64,000 nt of DNA, from assembly GCF_001194135.2 (NCBI RefSeq), contig NC_068981.1:37778053-37842052 (forward strand). Direction: 5' to 3'. The notes beneath the pieces are model-generated. The model was not told the origin of the DNA. It did not search any database and saw only the letters and a list, made by a program, of their open reading frames with translations. Of this stretch, positions 40,738 to 52,269 are shown in pieces. Made by a program: the position numbers and the translations under genes. Source of the stretch: Octopus bimaculoides (taxonomy: Eukaryota). Numbering within the stretch: position 1 is the first letter of the stretch; the number at the start of each line of letters is the position of its first letter.

Positions 40738-42512
40738 ACATGCACACATTTGTCAAAAAAATAAGTAAAATAAGAGATCAGTGAAATAAGCACTAGGCTT
40801 ATAAAAAAATAAGTACTGGGATCAATTCATTCAACTAAAATCCTTGAAGGTGGTGCTCCAGCATGTTATAATATAATGTTAACAAGAATAATTTGACTAA
40901 TAAAGGAAGTAGTAGTATATTTAAATGACAGTAAATATTTTCCTAAATTAATGCTAATGACGTTTTAGTACTTGACATTCCTCCCAAAACTAGGGAGTTT
41001 TTTATTTCACTGGGATCATTTACTACTGTATTAAATATATTATACTAAAAGTGTTGCTTCATTGTTCAGAAAGAGTAGTCTTGATCTAGGCAGGGTTCAA
41101 CAAGGTTCTTTTTAGTTCCAGTTGCAGTTATATATTTATTTATACATTGAAATATTAATAAATATATTGAGAAAACATTAATCAATTTGTTACTGAACTG
41201 TCTGAGACTGCTTTGAACTGTTCTTACTGCATGAAGTCTTTTTTTGGAGTCTATGATTTTATCATAGATCACACATGGTTAGTATTGTTAATGCTTTGTT
41301 GGAATAGAGTAGAGAGGAGGTTATATTGTGATAAAGATAAAGTAAAATATTTGATGTGTTTGGTTAGAAATTAGACATTACATGAGTGTTTGCAATAATA
41401 AAACTATTACTTCAACCTAAGCCAGCATGAAAAGTAAATGTAAAATTACCATGATGCCAATGATGATGATGACAGCAATGATGATGGTAGTGATTTGGTA
41501 GGATCATACAAGGTCAAAGAAGCAAAAACTTTAATAAACAGAAGGTGCAAACAGCTCAGTGATGGTCATGAAACTAGTGGGAATTGTAAGTGAATATCAA
41601 ATTCATCAAGAGTAGTAAAATAAGTACATGTAATATACTGAGGTTCAATTCAGTTAACTCATTCTCTTCCTACAAACAGACCAATATTTCCAATGCAAAT
41701 CTAAGATGGTGATAACATATATAATGTTCTACTTCTCAGAACTAGTGTATAGAATATGTATATGATTGTACATATATATTCATTACAGCTGTCAAACCAA
41801 GCTATTACCATTGAATAGAACTTTAAATTCTTCCCGAACATTTAATATAAAAATGCAGGTAACTAACTAATTTAGGTTATACAAATCTATAATAATGTAG
41901 GAAACATAGCTTAATGCATTTAAAATGGTGGCCAGTTGTTTTTCTTTTTTTTTTATCTACCATAGATAAACTGATAGCCATTTGGTTATTTAAAAAAACA
42001 AAACAATTATGTTTAGCAAGTGAATGAGAAGCATTATCCATGGTTTTTTTTTTATTGTTTTGTTTGTGAGAGGTTCTGATACTATTAGGAGGAATAGATG
42101 AAGTTATTCTGAGGCAAAGACCTGGCCCTAATGTTTACAATGGTATAGATTTTACTAAAGTTATCTTGGTGTCAAGTCGAGGTGTTCAGATAGATTACAT
42201 ACAAAGTCTACCATCCAAAATCAAAGCCAGTCCTTCATGTGAGCTTCCACAAAGTTTTGTATTCCAGATTTCACTTTCAAGATTTTGATCAAGCCAATAT
42301 TATAAAAAAAATACAATTGCTGAAGATACTGCACTGTGGGATTGAAGCCAAAACCACATCGTTACAAAGTGAACTTGTTAAGCATGCAACCATACCTAGG
42401 TCCATGAATGATATGTAGCAATATGTCTTTATTCTGATTTAGGATACTCTAATATATATATATGTATCATAGCCAATGAAGGTTATCTGAAGTGCGGTTA
42501 TTGCTAGTTAAA

Positions 42513-42554
<42 letters not shown>

Positions 42555-43706
42555 AGGTTACAATTTTAATATCAAAGATCCCTATGGATGACACAGGTTG
42601 TAATCCTTTGAAACATATGTAGGAATAAAGTATGCAATTATAACATGCGTTTTCTCCGTTCCTTAAATTCTTAAATATACTCAAATACCCAAAATTTCAA
42701 GGAGTTCCTGCCTTAAAAACAGGAACTAAACCACAGTTATTTTGTGTTCTTTGCTACATTGGTTTCTATTAACCCATTTATTCTATCAGAAGAATTTTTA
42801 TTTATTAAGATAGAAGAAATACACATAATTATATGTANNNNNNNNNNNNNNNNNNNNNNNNNNNNNNNNNNNNNNNNNNNNNNNNNNNNNNNNNNNNATA
42901 TATATATATATATACATACATATATATATACTTGTGAATGTGCATGAGCTAGTAGTTATGGCAGTTGTTTCTCAATCATAAAATTATTGGTTTGGTTTTG
43001 GAACTTGGTAGTGCATCCTATCTTTGAGCAATGCACTTCATTCCATGTTGCGCTATTCCACTCAGCCATAGTGGGTCAAGAGTATATACATGTATACTCA
43101 CAACTATATAGACACCTAAAACAATTAGGTAAAGCATAGCACAAATTAATAAGTCATACTCACTCGTGAGTGTTTAACTAGCTGTACTTGATATACTTTA
43201 TATTCATATTCACTAGACAGTGAGGATACATACACAGTATACACATACATCCACAGTTATACATACAAAGATATATTTAGGCATGTATATCTAAACATAT
43301 GTGTGTGGTTATATATATATATTTGTCTTTTGCTATTAACTGAAAGTAGATATCTCTAAACATATCTACTTTCAATAGATAAATAGAAAATCAGTATTAC
43401 ATTCATGCATTCAGATGTAGTAGATCTGAACACTACATTATACAATACAATCATTATTATTATAACCAATGAGTAAGTTATAGTGTACAGGAAGATCATC
43501 TATCAAGTATTAGCAATTCAAAACATCCTGTTGAACTCTAGATGGAAAATATGCTCTTGGTGTTACTTCAGTCAATGAACCAACAGGACCACCTGCAAAA
43601 ATCATACCCCAAACTGAATGGACATTATTTGTGCACACAAATCACAAATATATTCATACATATTCATACTTACATAGATATACACATACATACATATCTG
43701 AGTATG

Positions 43707-43766
<60 letters not shown>

Positions 43767-43871
43767 TGTATGTGTGCATTTATATCTTTAAATACTAGTG
43801 AATGTCTATACACTCATATAGCAAAGCTATTACATCACTATCTGCTCTTGTGAATAATGTTCCAACAATGC

Positions 43872-44237
43872 TTAACCCTTTTGTAATATTTTCCTAAATT
43901 TGATCAGCCTGTACTTTAATTAATTTTGAAAATATTTCATGGGGTTTAGCAAGATAAGTAACTTCAACATAAAAACAAATATCAATTTTTACACATTAAC
44001 ATCAGCTCTCTAGCTTTGTCTCCCTCCTTTTTCTCTCTCTCTCTCTCTCTCTCTCCCTGTGTTTCTTTCTCTCCCTTCTCACATACATACAAACCCTTAT
44101 GGTAGATTATATTAATATTTTAATATATATAACATTATGATGGAATGTTTTAAATTAAATATGAATACTTTAAAACGAATGGTTTTGTATTATAGAACCA
44201 AAGGCAATCTCAAACATGTTGGTAACGAAATGGTTAA
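43872..44237. mobile_element. piggyBac-type MITE with TTAA ends and internal (CT)n
   Basis: TTAA-CCCTTTTGTAA ... GGTAACGAAATGG-TTAA. Same terminal motif as 2941-3381. Confidence 0.65.
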
Positions 44238-46108
44238 TGTTTTCTCAATATATTTATTAATTTTTCAATGTATTAATAAAAATATAACTGTAATAAGTGT
44301 AAGAAATTACAAATAAAACTTTTATATATTTATTACATGGTGTTAGATATTAATATTTTCTTTCTCTCTGTTTCCTTCAGTCTGCTTCTTATCTGTCTTT
44401 TCTTTCTTATATTGTCTCTTTTTGTTTATATACACAAAGAAAAACATAAATGTAGCTAATTTTATAAAATATGAAATGCAGATGAGGGGATGTATAAAGA
44501 AAAACATATAAATACCACCTCTCTCTCTTCAACTATTTCTATCTCTTCTTGTTCTCTCCCAATCTCACTCACTTTCTTTTTATCTCTCTCCCTCTCCTTC
44601 TCACTCACAGGCACATTCATGCACATACACGTACACACATACACACAAATGCAAATATATTAATGTTGTTATTTATTGGTCATTTTAAAAGAAACCATTT
44701 TTTAGTGTTAATATATTCAGGTTGAAGGAAGCTCCCTTGGCTGATATGACTGATGGCATAATGTAATCATAAAGTTTTCTTCTGAGTATAGTTTACACCA
44801 TGTTGCAGCTTGCTTGAGTTAACATCATGAGCATCCTAATTTAGCAGCCATTTTGATAGCCTATTTCTACTCTTAGCACAACATGTGATAAATTCTTCAT
44901 TTTATATATGCATAAAACCTCAACAGAAATTTGTATGATTCCCATCGCTCTGAATTAGCAGCAAAGTTTGCCGAAAAACAATTTTCAATAAAGCTGTTTA
45001 ACCATACTGCCATTACTTGGAAGGAGAACACACTTTTATTTCAGATATTATTGAATCATTCATGTTATTGGCTTATAGATTATATAACTCTAATGTTGAT
45101 CTGTTAAAGTAGGCATTGATCATTTATTTGCACACAGAGAATGTCAATTGAAATATTGCTAAGAAGGATTTATTCCACTGTCAAAGTGTTACAATCAATG
45201 GGGCAGAAAGCCTGATGGATTGGTCAATTAATTTATTGTTCCAAAGTGTAAGTATTTGCTTGCCAAGCACGCATATGACCAAGTTTTCACACCAAGCAAT
45301 ACATACATACATATATACATACACTACGTTTGTACGTTTGAATGTATGTGTATACATGTATATATGTATATATATTCATACATACACAATCTTTGATAGG
45401 TCAGAGTAAAGAAGAATCTTGATGCAAAGATTAAGAACAAATTCAAAGTTCCACTTAGAATACTTATCAGGAATAAAAACTCTGACCACAAATTGAAAGT
45501 ATTATTATTTTTTTCAAATCTCAGATTAAGTGATCAGATCGCTAAGAAGTTCAAAACATTTGACCTCTCAATATAATCTCAGACTCTTACAACTATAATG
45601 GTATTTCAAGTACAATGGGGAGTTAATTCCATGTGTATGGCGAAAAATCTTAGATAGATTAGGTTTTGTTGTGAATCTTATCAAGAATATTGTTTTATCA
45701 AGAGATGTTTTGCAAGGTTACAGCTTACATTAGCTTTGGTCAAGCAGACTTACAGCCATCTATAGGAAGATAATAATTTAGAACTAAATCACATTTTACC
45801 ATGAAAATTCCTTAGATGCTTCTTTTATTGATTCCAGATGAGTTCTTTTACTCTGTTAGTGGTTTCAGCCAAGGGACTGTGATTCTGCTAGGCACCACCT
45901 AAAGGGCTTAGGCATTCATATTGACTCTGTACTTACTTCTGTCAGCTACTTATTTTATTGATCCTTATTTAGCAAGCTGCAAAGTGATATGCCATAATGG
46001 GACTCAAAAATACAGCATGTGCCTGTGCATACACATACATATATGAACATTCACATACATATATACATACACACACACACACATATAAATATATATATAT
46101 ATATACAT

Positions 46109-47348
46109 TAGAGTGGCCCTTATTTTTCAACTTTCTAAAAGTTTAGCTCCTACCTCACTATCTTGTTCCAATTAAGAAAAAAACAATCTATGCAAAATTT
46201 TAGCTCAATCAAACAACTGCAAGGCAACCCTCCTCGACCATGAAGGTCAAGTGTATGGTTGAGCCTGGTTTCTGTCACCAGAAGTAATTAAAGCATCTTA
46301 TCATGATTTTCTATTCATGAGTCAACTGATAAATTATCAGAATATTGATCCAAAAATCAGTAAGGCTGCTGTGAAAAAAAATTTCCATTCATCTCTGGTA
46401 CTTAGCTCCCAAAACTGTGGCTCTATCTATATTTGATGACAATGTTTCAACAGAAGTGAAGGCAAATATTGCTCAAATTATGCTGGATGCAGACAAAAGT
46501 GAAGAAAAGGAAGAAGAAAAAATCAACTGAAGAGTTACATTCTGCACCAAAATGACTTTTCTTCCTTTACAAACATCAAGTTTTCATCTTTTGTAACTCC
46601 TGGTACAAAAACTTACTTCACAAGATTTTCTATCAGCACCGATTTCTTCGACAAAGACCCTTCAATATAGAAAGATGATCCTAGTTACAAAAGTGGACTT
46701 GAAAATTTTGAGAAGGCAGTTGCTGGGAATGATGTTGCAGAAAGAGGTGTAAAACTCATTCAGGATTACAATAACATTCTCACAAAAGATGAAACTGAGA
46801 AACAATTTGTCTTACAGATCGTTACCGAAAACTGTAAAACATACCCAGCTACCACTAGATCCTCTCTTATGCAAAGATAATGTTCAATATTAAGTGTTCT
46901 GTGTTCACATTATGTTTTTGGTTTTATAGAAAGTATTGTTGTAAATTAAAATGTATTTCCCTTATAGAGGTTGTGTGCTTTATTAAGAAAACCTAATATT
47001 TCTTAAGTTTTTCATCTTATTTCAGTACTTTTTAAAATTAGCTATTTATAAATTTGATTCAGAACGTTTTTAAACATCTGTTGGGGTTGCCTGGATGTGT
47101 CCACATAGATTTCTCTAAGTAGAAAAAAGAAAATGGTGGAGAAAGGGAACAGTATACTGCTTTTGAAAACAATTAATTGTTGCATATACCATGTTCCAAC
47201 TTCAGGGCATCTGAGGGTTACCTGGCATTTGTCTGATTGAGCTGAAATTTTGCACACCCTGTTATTTTGCTTATTGGAACAGGATTAGAAGGTGGGAGCA
47301 GCAAAATTGTAACTTTCGAAAAATTACCTATTGCTCAGGGCCACTCTA
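46109..47348 (+). mobile_element. Internally deleted hAT transposon (hATm-type termini)
   Basis: 12-bp TIR TAGAGTGGCCCT...AGGGCCACTCTA and a ~130-bp imperfect subterminal inverted repeat. Flanking 8-mers atatacat/atacacac match 6/8. Transposase remnant inside. Confidence 0.8.
46293..46880 (+). pseudogene. C-terminal remnant of a hAT(m)-type transposase
   Basis: DFLFMSQLINYQNIDPKISKAAVKK, frameshift, HLWYLAPKTVALSIFDDNVSTEVK, and NDVAERGVKLIQDYNNILTKDETEKQFVLQIV. NDxAERG carries the last catalytic Glu. Stops and frameshifts present. Confidence 0.85.
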
Positions 47349-49029
47349 ATACACACACACACACACACACACATACATACATGCATACATATATATACAT
47401 ATATATATGTATATATGTATATGTATATATGTATATGTATATATATATATTATATGCATACATATATATAATATCAACATGCACACACAGATACAGACAT
47501 ATACACAAACACAGACATACACACACACATACAAACACACACAACAGACCTCTGTACAGTTTCTGTCCACCTAATTTCATTAGCAAGGCATTAGTGAAAC
47601 TGAAGTTATAGCAGGGAAACACTTTCCTAATTGCCACACAAATGGCTCTAACCCAGAACCACATAGTTACAAAGTGAATTTTGTAATCATACAACTATGT
47701 ATCATGAAAGCCAACTGAACATGATTTGAAATCCAGACAGTCTACCACTATAACACTCTTTAATTTCTCATTGTTGTTGATATTCTATTGGTGAAGCTAT
47801 CTTTTTTCAGTTGTGTATTTTTCCCAATTTTGAGAAGCAGATAAACGAAATTTACTACAATATGCACTGAAAATTTTATACTCGTGATCTATGAACCCAG
47901 CATTAAAATCTTCCACCATCATAACTTTTCTCTTTTTTTTATATCTGCAAAAATATACCATTCTTAACAGAGCAGTTCAACAATCCATACATAAAATGAA
48001 AACTTTTATATTCATTCTCTTATAGCAAATATTAGAAGTAAATCTTTCCTTTTTCCCTTTCTTTTAACATCTTCCATCATGTCGTTGGAATAAAGCCAGG
48101 GCAAATATATACAACTAAACTTTGCCTTGAGAAAGCAAATTAATCTAATTCCATGAGCCATAAATATGTGTATTGATGTGGTTCAGTGAGCAAGAAGTGA
48201 CAAAACTTAACTTAATTATGAATATCAGAGCATATTTACACAATGTTACACACAAAAGCATCTGAAAGTTGCAGCTATAACATAACCACAGTATATGTGT
48301 TTTGATGCTATAAGTTACATTGAAATTATAAACTCTCTCTGAAAGTGTAAACAGACCTGAGGAACAAATAACTGCTCTCATAATGGGAAGAATGATATTT
48401 GAAAGAATTTTGTCTTTTATGAAGATATATGGGAAATTTGAGCTGATTATTTCTCTACACTTTATCAATAATATACACTCTCTATAAATGTCTAATGATT
48501 TGATAATTTCACTTAAAGGTTGTACAAGAATAAATATAAATCATTAACCACATAAGTTAATAGCAAATGCTTATGGAAGCATTTATTGGTGAATTCTTCT
48601 GTTCTAAGTTTAAAGAAGTTTATTGTGAATAATATAGATCAAAATTAACAGTACAGGTTGGTATTTCATGCCTGGTAGGTGTGTAGATGTGCTGAGAATT
48701 TTAAATTCCATCTGTGATAAATAAAACTGCAGGATAACATTTAACAAACATTTGATTTATATTCTTTACTGATTGATAAATCAATGTAATATCACAAATT
48801 TTATCAACCATTATGAATCATATATTTGATATAAGGCTTTGATGTCTACAGTGGAAGAAAATAGCACAAAACTAACACACACAGGACAAATGGAAATTAC
48901 AAACGAAGTCTAAGGAGTGAATACCACAAACAAACTCAAATATGTATGAGTTACAAACTCAAAGCAGTGAATGTATTCAAGATGGACTGGGTTCCATTTG
49001 GTTGTTGGTAAGTTATATGTAGGCCTTTG

Positions 49030-49250
49030 TATGTAAGTATATACATACATAGTCAATCCAAACATGAACAAGCAAGAAAAAACAACAATGCGAGGACGTG
49101 GAATAAGTACAGTGTTATTGGATGCTCAGGAAAGGAAAGAAAAGAAAGAGAATTTGACTTTTCGAGCGGAGCTCTTCAGCAGAAATATAGAAAATGTCCA
49201 AAGAAGGGAAGACGGAGAAAGAAAATCACCAACGATACACATGCGGTCAC
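49030..49250 (-). mobile_element. PLE-type terminal-repeat fragment carrying a degenerate hammerhead
   Basis: Pyrimidine-rich minus-strand tract with the motif ATTT-CTGCTGA-A-GAGC-TCC-GCTC-GAAAA-GTC-AAAT at 49152-49186. Confidence 0.55.
49152..49186 (-). ncRNA. Degenerate minimal hammerhead ribozyme (A6>C, C15.2>A)
   Basis: Stem I ATTT/AAAT, stem II GAGC/GCTC, GAAA, GUC cleavage triplet. Two core substitutions. Confidence 0.55.
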
Positions 49251-49319
49251 ATATAGTGTTATTGTTTATATACATACATGCATATACAAATATATATAGC
49301 TATGTAGATATATTCATAC

Positions 49320-49356
<37 letters not shown>

Positions 49357-49844
49357 GGAGGAGGAGGAGGAGGAGGAGGAGGAGGAGGAGGATGAGGATG
49401 AGGATGATGATGATCATCCTCATCATCATCTTGCTTTCTTTCTGTTTCTGTTCTTGTTTTGTTCTTGTGTGCATTTGTTTGCTTTTCCCAGAGGCTTAAT
49501 GCTTTTAGCTTAAGTCCCTAGTACTTTGCTGGATTCAAATAGTCTTGGTACTAAAGGGGTGTGAAACTATAATGACTTTCCAGAAACCGACTGATGAGGA
49601 AATCTGCTGCAAATGGTCCGTGTATCTTGTTTCTGTCCTGTTTGCCGTTTGTTGTGTTATCATCTATTTTATCACTTACGTCATATTATCTATTTTTCTG
49701 CATGTTGTGTTTTAGTTTTGTTCGATTCCACTTGTTATGTTCTTTTTGTCCTACCTTTAATATATATATATATATTCCAGGAAGGCAGATATAAATGATG
49801 CTGATGATGATGAATTCTATTATTTGTTTTAGTAATTTGGGTTT

Positions 49845-50110
49845 TAGTCAGACAAATTGATCCAAGGACTTGTTTTTAAGCTTAGTAATTATTCTATTGA
49901 TCTCTTTTGGCAAACTGCTACCCTATGGGGATGTAAACACACCAACACCGGTTGTCAAGCAGTGATGGGAGGGCAAACACAAGAACACACACACACACAT
50001 ACACACAATGGGCTTCTTTCAGTTTCTGTCTATTAAATCCACTCCCAATGCTTTGGTCTGTCCAACACTATAGTAGGACTGAACCTAGAACCATGTGGTT
50101 TGGAAGCTTG
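49845..50110 (-). mobile_element. Old degenerate tRNA-SINE copy (28817 family)
   Basis: gtaaacacaccaacaccggttgtcaagcagtg...gggcttctttcagtttctg...gaacctagaaccatgtggtt. Confidence 0.75.
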
Positions 50111-51859
50111 CCTCTCTGCTATATATTGTGATGGGGTAGATATGTATATAGCGCATCTGAGCAATGTGGAGAATAAAGCATGCATGCTGTTAAAAGGTCC
50201 TGTTCTACTGATGGAAACTGCAGGTTATAGAAAAGCCAAGTTTCTGAGCTGTTCATAAAAAATAAGCTGCTGAGCACACAATAGTTCTAGAGTGAGTTTA
50301 GTCAGTCCTGCTAGATAGAATAATTAATGATTGTTGAAATGGTTTTTCTTCTGTATGGTACTATCAGGGTTACTTGTAAAAGCTGAATATAAATTGATAA
50401 TTTCATAGCTGGTCAGCTGCCCATTACTACTATGTTTGTTGTAGTGGTTGGTTTTTAATACCCACCTTTTAACTGAAACCTTAATTGTAATTCTAAAACT
50501 GTTTGATTGGTTTGCTTTAAAATATCTACAAGAAGATTAACAGAATCACCAACTGTCTGTGTTAGGAACTTGTTTATAGTTTGTGTGTTAATAGATTAAT
50601 AATGGGAGGCAGACATAACCAATTACCCTGTTTAACACCACCATTTGGGTGTCCTTGTCTGAGTCTAAGAACTCAGGCCAAGTTTGTCAGCTGGGAACAC
50701 ATTCCCACAAGTCTTGAAGATTCTGAAAAAAATCATTATTGATGCTTTTCTTCCTTTGAGTAAGGCATAAAACAATTTTAAGCAATAAACATATAAGGTA
50801 TTAAATGAATTAGCATAATGTATGAGACTCTCCTCAGCTTCATTGAGCACTGAATGTAATAGTTATTTTCTGGGTACTTTTTTTTTGGGTGGGGTGTCCA
50901 ACATAGTGATACCTCAGACAACATCAACCAGTGTGTTCTTTCTTATTAAGATGGTAGGCTTTGATCTGAGTGATATTTAGTTGTTATTTCTAGAAAGTTA
51001 AGCACTGACATAGAGATTCTTTCAATGGTCCATCAAGATATATAGTCTTTTAATTGGTCATCATAAATTGTTTTGTTTTACTGTGTAAGAAAAGATATAG
51101 CTAAAGGTAAACATATGATAAAGATTTTAATGAATAAAGGTAGTGTGAGATAGTAATATGTAACTAGTCACCTTTAACAGTTTAATGCATATTAAAAATG
51201 GAGGATGCATGCTCATAACATCTATGTGACAAGTATTTAGGTGTATGGAACTTCATAAATGGTAATTATCTAAACAGGTAATTCAGTCATTAGTGTCAAC
51301 TTTATTTTAAAGCTTAGATGCAAATGTTGCTTCTAATAGCAGGACTATTGAAAACTAGAGTTAGATATTTCTAACAAAGCAAACAGAAAACAGAATATTA
51401 ATTTTTAAGTCAAATATGTTGCTTCAAGTTATAAATATACTTCAAACGAAATTGCAGTATTTATAATTTCTTATAATAACAGCTTGTATCATTGAAGAGC
51501 TATGAAGTCTAGTAATAATGTTTATATATATATTTATGATTAGTCGCTTGTAGTTGAAGTTGTACCATGAAGAGAGAGAGAGTGGGCGGAGGGGAGAGTA
51601 ATACTAATGTCAAATGTAGCATTTATTTGCAACTTTTATGTAGAACTGAAGTTTCCATTTATGACTGTTCTTATATGAATGTAAATATTAATCTTTTGTA
51701 GTAGACCTAACTAAAGCCAGTTTAACAATTGCCACCAATAAGTGCATGAGATTGCCTATGGTTCCATGACATCAAAATGAGCTTATTTTCAAATGATTTT
51801 ATTTGATGAAACCTTCCTTTTATCATTTTTATTCCTCAAAATTTTGGATTTACTCTATA

Positions 51860-52269
51860 CTCTTTTACTCTTTTACTTGTTTCAGTCATTTGACTGTGGC
51901 CATGCTGGAGCACCACCTTCAGTTGAGCAAATTGACCCCAGGACTTATTCTTTGTAAGCCTAGTACTTATTCTATCGGTCTCTTTTGCCAAACCGCTAAG
52001 TTACGGGGACGTAAACACACCAGCATCGGTTGTCAAGCGATGTTGGGGTGGGGGGTGGGGACAAACACAGACGCACACACATATATAAATATATATACAT
52101 ATATACGATGGGCTTCTTTCAGTTTCCGTCTATCAAATCCACTCACAAGGCTTTGGTCGGCCCGAGGCTATACTAGAAGACACTTGCCCAAAGTGCCATG
52201 CAGTGGGACTGAACCCGGAAGCATGTGTTTCGTAAGCAAGCTACTTACCACACAGCCACTCCTATGCCT
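51860..52269 (-). mobile_element. Full-length, relatively young tRNA-SINE (28817 family)
   Basis: Reverse complement of the whole element, CpGs largely retained, (cttttact)n tail. Confidence 0.92.

Larger units (their letters stand above)
1906..42897. other. Ten assembly gaps (N runs), most abutting (TA)n or other microsatellites
   Basis: N at 1906-2062, 3118-3210, 8039-8361, 10940-11204, 18177-19021, 27425-27523, 31977-32571, 33454-33463, 39632-39641 and 42838-42897. Confidence 0.99.

Noticed and set aside
43341-43374. 13-bp stem hairpin tgaaagtagatat...atatctactttca
   Set aside because: Short and AT-rich with no further context. Expected occasionally by chance or from local slippage.
5298-45110. 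Plus-strand chain of splice-flanked segments (5298-5331, ~36827-36860, 37373-37516, ~45045-45110)
   Set aside because: The segments can be joined in phase but have no homology support and compete with the minus-strand chain. This shows how easily such chains arise in AT-rich DNA.
49581-49625. CTGATGA followed by ggaaatc...gcaaatggtc, a possible hammerhead
   Set aside because: There is no convincing stem I or stem II and no GAAA. Too degenerate to call.
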